Source: Vulcanimicrobiota bacterium (GTDB lineage: Bacteria; Vulcanimicrobiota; Xenobia; Xenobiales; JADMJV01). From it: DNA of 64,000 nucleotides. The notes below the pieces were generated by a model. That model was not told the origin of the DNA, did no database searches, and saw nothing but the letters and a program-made list of their open reading frames with translations. Positions 38,296 through 45,915 of this stretch are shown here, piece by piece. Where the stretch lies: positions 3,584,149 through 3,648,148 of the forward strand of contig JBFWNU010000001.1 in assembly GCA_050250895.1 (NCBI GenBank). The letters are read 5' to 3'. Within the stretch, counting starts at the first letter, position 1, and every line of letters starts with the position of its first letter. The position numbers were made by a program, and so were the translations under genes.

Positions 38296-39501
38296 GTGAC
38301 CGTTTCTGACCTGCTCGAGAAGCTGGTGCCCCCCGATGATTTCGATGCTCGACCGGCCGTCGATGCTTTGCTTGGTTTGGCCCAGGCCCAGCGGGCCAGC
38401 GACCTGCATCTGCGCCCCACCCAGGGCAAGGTCGAAGTGTTGATGCGCCTCGACGGCGTGCTCTGCCCGCGCTTCGAGATTCCGATTGAAGCCTACCCGC
38501 GCCTGCTCGTGGGCATCAAGAACGCGGCCCGACTGGCTTCTTACAAAAAGGCCGTGCCGCAGGACGGTCGCCTGACCCACGGCGACGTCGAGATGCGAGT
38601 GGCCACCGTGCCCACGCATTTTGGCGAGAAGGTGGTGGTGCGCCTGGTGGCTGGTGTCGGCCTCATCCCCTCGGTCGCCAGGCTGGGGTTCACCGCTCCC
38701 GAGTTGGCCGCCCTCGAGACCATGGCTTTCCAACCCCAGGGCCTGGTGCTGGCCACGGGCCCGGCCGGAAGCGGCAAGACCACCACCTTGCTCTCGGTGC
38801 TGCGCTGGTTGGTAGACAAGCATCGCCAGCGCTACTCGGCCGCTCTCAACGTGGTCACCCTCGAGGACCCGGTCGAGTGCGTGTTGCCCGAACTGTCCCA
38901 GACGGCCATCCAACCCGAGCTGGGTATGACCTTTGCCAGTGGCCTGCGCTCGCTGCTGCGCCAGGACCCCGAGGTGATCCTGGTGGGAGAAATCCGCGAC
39001 GGCGAGACAGCCGGGGCGGTGACCCAGTGCAGCCTGACCGGCCATCTAGTCTTCTCGACTCTGCACACCCGCGACAGCGTCGGCGTCGTGCCTCGCATGC
39101 TCGAGCTCGGGGTCGAGCCTTACCAGTTGGCGGCCGGGCTGGTGGGCGTGATCTATCAGCGGCTGGTGCGTGTGCTCTGCCCCGACTGCCGCTATCTTGT
39201 CGACCCCGAGGTCCGCCTGGTTAGCGAATGCCGGGCCGCCGGGCTCTCGCTGTCTACGGTCTATGGCCCGGGCGGCTGCCCGGCCTGTAACCAGACCGGC
39301 TATCGTGGTCGCACGGCCGTGCCCGAGTTGCTCTCGGTCGACGACACGTTCCGCCAACTCATCCTCGAGCGGGCCTCGCTACGCTCGCTGCTCGAGCGGG
39401 CGCGCCAGCAGGGCACGGTGCCTCTGCGTCAGGCCGGGCTGGCCCGAGTAGCCTCAGGCGTGACCAGCTATGACGAGCTGTGCCGAGTGGTGCCCGGGTG
39501 A
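38296..39501 (+). CDS. GspE/PilB family assembly ATPase lacking the N-terminal N1 domain
   Basis: ASDLHL, PQDGR, Walker A GPAGSGKTTT, TLEDPVE, LRQDPEVILVGEIRD, TGHLVFSTLH, Zn motif CPDC...CPAC, GYRGR. Confidence 0.95.
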   Translation: MTVSDLLEKLVPPDDFDARPAVDALLGLAQAQRASDLHLRPTQGKVEVLMRLDGVLCPRFEIPIEAYPRLLVGIKNAARLASYKKAVPQDGRLTHGDVEMRVATVPTHFGEKVVVRLVAGVGLIPSVARLGFTAPELAALETMAFQPQGLVLATGPAGSGKTTTLLSVLRWLVDKHRQRYSAALNVVTLEDPVECVLPELSQTAIQPELGMTFASGLRSLLRQDPEVILVGEIRDGETAGAVTQCSLTGHLVFSTLHTRDSVGVVPRMLELGVEPYQLAAGLVGVIYQRLVRVLCPDCRYLVDPEVRLVSECRAAGLSLSTVYGPGGCPACNQTGYRGRTAVPELLSVDDTFRQLILERASLRSLLERARQQGTVPLRQAGLARVASGVTSYDELCRVVPG

Positions 39502-40332
39502 GCGACGGCTTTGCCGTCGAGAGGGGAGCGACGGCTGCGCCGTCGAGGAAGGAGCCGGGGCCTTCGGCCGGAGATGGGAGCGACGGCTTTGCCGTCGAGA
39601 GGGGAGCGACGGCTGCGCCGTCGAGGAAGGAGCCGGGGCCTTCGGCCGGAGATGGGAGCGACGGCTGCGCCGTCGAGAGAGGAGCGAGGTTCGCTTTGGC
39701 TCACCTCGAGTTCTTGGAGGAGTCGACGCTTCGCGTCGTAATCCAGGCGCAGCTTCGCCGCTGAAGCCTGGGGCCTTCGGCCTGGGGGGAGCGACGGCGG
39801 GCTTTCCGCTAGAGGGGAGCGACGGCTGCGCCGTCGAGGAAGGAGCCTGGGGCAATCGGCCAGGAGATGGGAGCCTCGCGGTGCTCGGAGGGGGGAGCGA
39901 CGGCTGCGCCGTCGAGAGAGGAGCGAGGTTCGCTTTGGCTCACCTCGAGTTCTTGGAGGAGTCGACGCTTCGCGTCGTAATCCAGGCGCGGCTTCGCCGC
40001 TGAAGCCTGGGGCCTTCGGCCTGGGGGGAGCGACGGCTGCGCCGTCGAGGAAGGAGCCTGGGGCATTCGGCCAGGAGATGGGAGCCTCGCGGTGCTCGGA
40101 GGGGGGAGCGACGGCTGCGCCGTCGAGGAAGGAGCCGGGGCCTTCGGCCGGAGAGGGGAGCGACGGCTGCGCCGTCGAGATAGGAGCGAGGTTCGCTTTG
40201 GCTCACCTCGAGTTTTTTGGAGGAGTCGACGCTTCGCGTTCGTAATCCAGGCGCGGCTTCGCCGCAGAAGCCTGGGGCCTTCGGCCTGTGGGAGCCTGCG
40301 GCCGTCGAGGGGGGGCCGGGGCCTTTGGCCGT
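39500..40332 (+). repeat. Mosaic array of directly oriented palindromic modules (REP/BIME-like)
   Basis: GAGCGACGGC(TGC/TTT)GCCGTCGAG at 39500, 39526, 39578, 39604, 39656, 39817, 39895, 40028, 40106 and 40158, plus degenerate copies; 107-108-bp module at 39682, 39921 and 40184. Confidence 0.95.
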
Positions 40333-40374
40333 GGACTGGACTGGGGCGGCGTGGTCGAGTAAGCTGAGCCAGGC

Positions 40375-40587
40375 ATGAACGAACGGAAGATTCAACCGAC
40401 AGATCCCCAGCTTGAGGCCGAGCAAGGTCGGGTTGCCCTTTGGCTATCAATCGACGATCTACGCTGGCTGTCGAGACATTGCTGTTGCCCGGCCGAAGCC
40501 TCCGAAGAGGAGAGAGCGCGTTGCGCCCGGCTTCGCTTTCGCGCCGCGGCGGCATTGCACAAGAGCGAAGTTTCTCTTGAGGCCTAA
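40375..40587 (+). CDS. Small Cys-rich hypothetical protein
   Basis: 70 aa; HCCCP...RCARLRFRA. Confidence 0.55.
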   Translation: MNERKIQPTDPQLEAEQGRVALWLSIDDLRWLSRHCCCPAEASEEERARCARLRFRAAAALHKSEVSLEA

Positions 40588-41033
40588 CCGATACCGCGTT
40601 TGGCTAGAAGGCGGGACCGTTCACTACGATGATCGCGTCGATGGCAAACTTGAGATTCCGATGAGCGGGGTGAGACTGGTCGGAGAGTCCACCGATCAGT
40701 CCGGACCCTACGTCGACGATTGGTTTCTCTGCCTGGTCGACCCGGAATGTTGGTATGAGATTTCCTGCTATGCCGATGGCTTCAAAGAGTTTCTTCTCGC
40801 TCTGTCAACCTTTTTAGGCGAGGAGCTTGAACTCAAGCTTTATAACTCGGCCGACTTTAACTCGCGAATCCTCTGGCCAAGTTCGGTTCGTGACGAGCCC
40901 GCTCTTCGAGTATCAGTCTCGGTGGTTGGGCTTGCAGGTCGAGCAGAACTATTCGCCGGTAACTCAGCGAGTGTTCAATGAGTGCCAGACCGGGGGTAGG
41001 GTGGCAGGTCGAGAGCGTGGAGCCAGGGGGTGA
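40577..41033 (+). pseudogene. Hypothetical protein, probably frameshifted near 40900
   Basis: One frame reads ...GESTDQSGPYVDDWFL...NSADFNSRILWPSSVRDEP; a more natural continuation PLFEYQSRWLG... lies in the next frame. Confidence 0.4.
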
Positions 41034-42330
41034 AGAGGGTCGAGAGGTCCTGGCCGCTGACCTGACTGGCCGTTTGCTCGAAGTCGGCGGTGGCTGCGTT
41101 GCTGTTGCGGTGGGCGGCCAGGTGGGTCTTGAGGATGTCGAAGAAGGCGTGATCGCCAACCTCGAGCCGCAGGGCGTGCAGGCAGAGGGCGCCGCGCAGA
41201 TAGACCTGGGGCATGAGGATTCCCGCCGGGCCAGGGTCGGCGATGGGGGCGCCCAGGGGAGCCCGCTGGATGTGCTCGTAGGCCCCGCGCAGGGTGTCGT
41301 TGAACGCCTGCTGACCCTGGCTGTGCTCGAGCCATAGCCAGGAGGCGTAGGTAGCAAAGCCCTCGTTGAGCCAGATGTCCTTCCAGGCCTCGACGCTGAC
41401 CGAGTCACCAAACCACTGATGCGCCAGCTCGTGGGCCACCACCAGCTCGGGGTTTTCGCGGTGGGTCGAGGCGCTGCCATAGACGGGCAGCGTCTGGGTC
41501 TCGAGGGCCCCGCGGAAGGGCACGTTGACCACCGCGCTGCCGAAGCCGTCGAAGGGATAGTCGCCCAGGCGCTGGCTAAAGAAGTCGATCATCTCGGGCG
41601 AGCGCAGGTGGGGCGCTTTGACCTCGTCGGACAGTTCCGGAGCGAAGTAGTGGCGAATCGGCACGCTGCCTGCCTGATCCACCGGCTCGAACTCGCCGAT
41701 CAAGACGGTGCTGAGATAGCTGGCCATCGGGTCGCGGGCCTCCCAGTGATAAGTGGTGTGATCGCCCAGGTCGACGGTGCGGATCAGACTGCCATTGGCC
41801 ACGCCCATGAACGGCTTGGGCACCGTCAGGTGAAAACTGTAGGTCGCCTTGTCGGCTGGGTGGTCGTTGACCGGATACCAGGTCGAGGCGCCGTTGGGTT
41901 GGCTGACTACGAACGAGCCCTGGTCGTGGTGGATCCAGCCAGTGGGAGCGGGGAAAGAAGGACCCGGAACCGGCTTGGGACGCCCGCTGTAGTTCACCAC
42001 CACCTCGAAGGGCTGGCCCTCGGCCAGGGGATGGGCCGGGGTGATATGGAGTTCGTCTCCGTCGCGCTCGATGGTGGCCAGCTCGCGGTCGACCTTGACC
42101 TCGGCCACTCGCAAGCCCTTCAGGTCAAGGTTGAAGCTCTCGAGGTCTTGAGTGGCCCGGGCCTGCATAGTGGTCGAGCCAGTGATGTAGTTGTCGGCCG
42201 GGTCCACGCTGAGATCGATGGCATAGTGCTGGGCGTCGTAGCCGCCGTTGCCCTGGCCGGGAAAATACGGATCAGGCCCGGCCGGACTGCCGGACCGCGC
42301 AAGGCTGACCGGCCCGGCGTGGACTTTCAT
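40975..42330 (-). CDS. M1 family zinc aminopeptidase
   Basis: DPYFPGQGNGGYD, WYPVNDHPADKA, ALETQ, HELAHQWFGD...WLNEGFA, YLRGA. Confidence 0.95.
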   Translation of the reverse strand: MKVHAGPVSLARSGSPAGPDPYFPGQGNGGYDAQHYAIDLSVDPADNYITGSTTMQARATQDLESFNLDLKGLRVAEVKVDRELATIERDGDELHITPAHPLAEGQPFEVVVNYSGRPKPVPGPSFPAPTGWIHHDQGSFVVSQPNGASTWYPVNDHPADKATYSFHLTVPKPFMGVANGSLIRTVDLGDHTTYHWEARDPMASYLSTVLIGEFEPVDQAGSVPIRHYFAPELSDEVKAPHLRSPEMIDFFSQRLGDYPFDGFGSAVVNVPFRGALETQTLPVYGSASTHRENPELVVAHELAHQWFGDSVSVEAWKDIWLNEGFATYASWLWLEHSQGQQAFNDTLRGAYEHIQRAPLGAPIADPGPAGILMPQVYLRGALCLHALRLEVGDHAFFDILKTHLAAHRNSNAATADFEQTASQVSGQDLSTLFTPWLHALDLPPYPRSGTH

Positions 42331-42405
42331 TCCAGCAGACTAACAGGCGCATTCGGACGGAATGTTGCTCGTTGGTGAACGGGTGGCTACCTGGCTCAAC
42401 CCGAG

Positions 42406-42792
42406 CTAGCGCCGGCCCATTGCAGCAGCCACTCGAGCACACCGACCTCGAAGCCGCGCTCGAGTTCGCGACCGCGGCGGTCGCGCCCGCCACACCAATC
42501 CGTGGGGAGCAACCCCGCTCACCCGTAGGATGCCGTTGTGAATGTTCTTGTGACAGCGCGAACAAACCACGATGAGATTCTCCGGCACGGTCGGTCCGCC
42601 CCGGCAGTAGAAGACCACATGATGCACATCGAGCCAGAGCCGATTCGGGCAACCCGGACACGAGCACCTATAGCCGTCGCGCCGTAGCACTGCCCGGCGT
42701 TGCGCCGGAGTGGCCTGACGCGTGCTGGGATTGAACCTCAACCGTCCGGCCAGTTGCAACTTCGACTCGCCCGGACACACGTGTGTCTGCAT
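42406..42792 (-). CDS. HNH endonuclease domain, probably a remnant of a longer gene
   Basis: RRAVLRRDGYRCSCPGC...DVHHV...GGPTVPENLIVVCSRCHKNIH; no convincing start or SD. Confidence 0.75.
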   Translation of the reverse strand: MQTHVCPGESKLQLAGRLRFNPSTRQATPAQRRAVLRRDGYRCSCPGCPNRLWLDVHHVVFYCRGGPTVPENLIVVCSRCHKNIHNGILRVSGVAPHGLVWRARPPRSRTRARLRGRCARVAAAMGRR

Positions 42793-42984
42793 TGCCAGCG
42801 CCTCGATCGGAGCGGCCAGCTCCTGGGCGGCTTCAGAGGGGTTGAGCCGGCGTGTTTGTGGTCCAATGTCCCTGGCTGCACTCTGGGTGGGTTGGCGTAA
42901 AAAATTCTACCCACGTGGGCGCGGCGGCCTTGGGTCAGGCAATGAGATTCGGTTCTATGGAGCGAAGCGTGAGGAACTGGGGAC

Positions 42985-43608
42985 ATGACGACTTCACTGA
43001 CCATGTGCGAGGCTGATTTTCTCGGCTACCTGAAAGGCATAAAATTCCTGGTTGCCGTTGCAAAGTGCGTTCCGATTGATAGGTTTCCTGTTGATGAAAA
43101 GCTCAATAGCGCCCTAACTTCGCTAACGCCGGTCTTTGAGGTGGCTCTGGAGGAGTTGTCCTTTCTAGCCGGCATGGCCGAGGCCGCAACTGCATTTGTA
43201 CGACGTGACCTGCGCGTAGGCTTGCTCTCAGGGCAAGACGACTACTACGACCGCGACGCGGTCGACACCATTCTCACGCTTTACTCGGGAGAACGCCGCC
43301 TTCAAAATTTTCTATATAATGATTGGTCGCGCTTTCTGGATGAGACGAGACCTGTTCTGACCCGGCTGCTCGGTGAGTTGGCTGTCGCCTTGATGGCGCT
43401 TCGAATTGAGCAAGGGCTCGACCTTGAGAACCCGCTCCCGGGCGTGGTGAAGGCGATGCGTGAACCGTTAATTGAGATGGAGAGGTCCCTGCAACCACCC
43501 GTGACTGACGGACTGAGAGCTTGGCTCTCGATGACATCAAATAACTTTGAGGCCCCGCCCTCAAAGCGATTGCTGCAGTGGGTCCAGGAATTTGTCGGGG
43601 ACGGGTAG
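42985..43608 (+). CDS. Hypothetical protein, visibly lower GC than its neighbours
   Basis: 207-aa ATG ORF with many A/T-ending codons; no recognisable motif. Confidence 0.6.
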   Translation: MTTSLTMCEADFLGYLKGIKFLVAVAKCVPIDRFPVDEKLNSALTSLTPVFEVALEELSFLAGMAEAATAFVRRDLRVGLLSGQDDYYDRDAVDTILTLYSGERRLQNFLYNDWSRFLDETRPVLTRLLGELAVALMALRIEQGLDLENPLPGVVKAMREPLIEMERSLQPPVTDGLRAWLSMTSNNFEAPPSKRLLQWVQEFVGDG

Positions 43609-43677
43609 TTTCGAGGGCGCGGCAGTCGAGCCTGAGCCCACAAGTGGTGGCCGTGGTGGCGAGGCTCCGGTTGGTGG

Positions 43678-44433
43678 TCAGCGACAGAACGCCTGAGGCA
43701 CCAGACCTCCGGTTGCCAGGCGGCGCCCCACTACCGGTGTGTAGTTCTGTTGGGAGTAGATCCACACCAGCATCTGGTGGTCCCGCTGAGTTAGTTGGCC
43801 GGGATAGTCTTGCTCGGAGTGATACATGATATCGCCGGCGAAGTCGGAGTGGTCTAGCCCCAGGACATGGCCGAGTTCGTGGGTCATGATGCGAGAGAGT
43901 TGGGGCAGGTCGCGCCCGTCGGGACGGACCCTGATGTCGCTCGGAACCACCTGCTGAGCCGAACGGGACATCCGGGTTTCGGCGCGGCTGCCGGGGGAGA
44001 GCCCGCGGCCCGACCAGTCTACCGTCAGGTCGGCCGGCCCGTCAGACAGGGCAAAGAAGGTTCCCAGGCCGGCCTGGTTCCAGGCGGTGATGGCGTTGGC
44101 CACGGCCGGCGCGTAGCGCCGGTCGCCCGGGTTGATGGTCAAGGGCAGCACGGTGGGGTCGACCCGGATGGGGCGGCCGCCGCTGCTGATAAACGCATAG
44201 CCGGCGGGCCGGCCATCGGGCGAGGTTGTCTGGGGCGGGGCCGGTAGGGGAGGGGCGGGCTGACGGCGAGGGAACCCTCGCGGCGAGCGACTGCCGCCTC
44301 CGACCTGGATCACCACGCCGCCGACCCGAATGCCGCCGGCGCGGTGGAGAAGATCGTTGAGAATAGAGCCTTTGTCTGCCAGAGCGGGTTGAGCCACCAG
44401 CAGCGCTAAACATAGAGCCAAAACCAATCGCAT
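43678..44433 (-). CDS. Secreted matrixin (M10/metzincin) metalloprotease
   Basis: Signal peptide ending AQPALA; HELGHVLGLDH plus Met-turn DIMY. Confidence 0.92.
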   Translation of the reverse strand: MRLVLALCLALLVAQPALADKGSILNDLLHRAGGIRVGGVVIQVGGGSRSPRGFPRRQPAPPLPAPPQTTSPDGRPAGYAFISSGGRPIRVDPTVLPLTINPGDRRYAPAVANAITAWNQAGLGTFFALSDGPADLTVDWSGRGLSPGSRAETRMSRSAQQVVPSDIRVRPDGRDLPQLSRIMTHELGHVLGLDHSDFAGDIMYHSEQDYPGQLTQRDHQMLVWIYSQQNYTPVVGRRLATGGLVPQAFCR

Positions 44434-44483
44434 ACCCCCATTGTATAACGGGGGCGCGGCCCACGTGTGACAGTTACTGACGC

Positions 44484-44504
44484 CGGCTCAGTCAGGCTGA
44501 GCCG
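44484..44504 (-). terminator. Hairpin downstream of the small membrane-protein gene (possible terminator)
   Basis: CGGCTCAG-N5-CTGAGCCG, 5 nt past the stop; no U-tract. Confidence 0.3.
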
Positions 44505-44509
44505 CCGGC

Positions 44510-44647
44510 CTAATTGGCCCAGATGGCGCCGCCGATCAGCACGGCCAGGTGAAACACGAGGATGGCGACGCACAACCAGATCCAGAGGCTGGCCGACTTG
44601 CCAACCGGAGCGTTTGATGGGGTCTTGAGTTCTTCTTTGTAGTTCAT
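44510..44647 (-). CDS. 45-aa single-TM small protein MNYKEELKTPSNAPVGKSASLWIWLCVAILVFHLAVLIGGAIWAN
   Basis: GGAGG SD 8 nt before ATG; hand translation; absent from the ORF track. Confidence 0.65.
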   Translation of the reverse strand: MNYKEELKTPSNAPVGKSASLWIWLCVAILVFHLAVLIGGAIWAN

Positions 44648-44718
44648 AGGAAAAGCCTCCAACTCCAGGCTAGCGCGCAAGCGCGCCGCTCAACCACCGG
44701 AATCGGCATACCCGCCCC

Positions 44719-45858
44719 CTATCCGCCGGTTGGCTCATCCCCGGAGACCAAGCCTTGCAGCCGCTCGAGAGCCTGCCGCTCGAACGGCTCGAGGCGTGAC
44801 CCCATGGGCTTGAGCGGCCGCAGTTGCCGGCCGGCCGAGCGGACGGGCTGGTGTGAGGGCTCGGGCAGCAGGCGCTGGATCAGCCTGTTCAAGCGCAAAT
44901 TCAGGCCAGGGAACAGAGCGTGAAAGCGAGTTCCCAGCGTGGGTTCCCAGCCGTACAAGATTTCTGGCTTACCAGCCAGAGCAGCCTCTACGAAATCGTG
45001 GGCAGCTCGTCGGCTGTCGGCCGCCAGGGCCGGATGAACGGCGGCCCGAGAGAACCAGGCATACTCGCTCTCGGCGTCGCCGCCAAATCTGGCGTTGACG
45101 TGCGATCCGGTGCGCATCAGACCGGGAACGGCGGTAGTGACGGTAATGCCGCACCGGTCTAGCTCGAGCGTCAATCCCTCGGAGAGGGCGACCGCCGCAG
45201 CCTTAGCGCAGTTATAGGCCAGCAGATGGGGGGCCGGCATCTTGCCGCTCAGCGAGGTGATGTTCAGGATGCGCCCTCCCTGTGCCTTCAGGTCAGGTAG
45301 GGCTTCCAGGCAGGTATTGAGGATACCCCAGAAGTTGACGTTGAGGCACTCGTGAAAGTCTTTCTCGGTGAGTGCTTCCAGAGGGGCCACCTTGATGATT
45401 CCAGCATTGTTCACCAGAATGCGGACCGTCCCCAGTTCGGAACGGATGCGGGCCATCATGGCGTGGACTTGCTCGCGATGGGCCACATCACAGACATAGC
45501 CGCGAACGTCGTAGCCGCGCTCGCGCAACTGGTTTTCGGTGGTCTCGACGGTGTCGGGCGTGCGGGCGCAAAAGGCCACCCGCGCTCCCCGGGAGGCCAG
45601 TTCTTCGACCAGGCAAAGACCCAGTCCGCGGCTGCCGCCGGTGACCAGGGCCACCTGGTCGTTCAGGGCGTCGTGCTCGCGAAGCTGGGCCAACTTCTGA
45701 TAGACCGGGCAGTATCCCGATAGACCTCGAAAGACCAGCGCTGCGCCCAGCAACGTGCCGGTCCAGGAGCGGTCCCAGGAGCGGGCTGCCAGCAACGCTC
45801 CCAGGCCTGTCGAGAGCAGCCGCTCGCTGCTACTAGGGATGGAATGGTGGGTGCTCAT
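44719..45858 (-). CDS. SDR family oxidoreductase with N-terminal DUF2892/YgaP-like segment
   Basis: RGLSGYCPVY; TGGSRGLG, VNNAG, YNCAK, PGLMRTGS. Confidence 0.92.
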   Translation of the reverse strand: MSTHHSIPSSSERLLSTGLGALLAARSWDRSWTGTLLGAALVFRGLSGYCPVYQKLAQLREHDALNDQVALVTGGSRGLGLCLVEELASRGARVAFCARTPDTVETTENQLRERGYDVRGYVCDVAHREQVHAMMARIRSELGTVRILVNNAGIIKVAPLEALTEKDFHECLNVNFWGILNTCLEALPDLKAQGGRILNITSLSGKMPAPHLLAYNCAKAAAVALSEGLTLELDRCGITVTTAVPGLMRTGSHVNARFGGDAESEYAWFSRAAVHPALAADSRRAAHDFVEAALAGKPEILYGWEPTLGTRFHALFPGLNLRLNRLIQRLLPEPSHQPVRSAGRQLRPLKPMGSRLEPFERQALERLQGLVSGDEPTGG

Positions 45859-45915
45859 ACCTCCAGCCTGGCCCAGACCGACGGAACCAGCCAGGCACGC
45901 ACGGATACAGGTCGT

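Noticed and set aside
39500-40332. CRISPR array
   Set aside because: The sequences between the repeats are themselves repeated modules or absent, there are no unique spacers, spacing is irregular, and no cas genes are in the window.
39454-40555. ORFs spanning the repeat array on both strands
   Set aside because: Open only because of GC-rich repeats; the 26-bp unit is not a multiple of 3 and palindromic structure, not codons, is conserved.
44466-44481. CRP-like site TGTGA upstream of the matrixin gene
   Set aside because: Only one half-site matches (TGTGA-N6-CTGAC); insufficient evidence.
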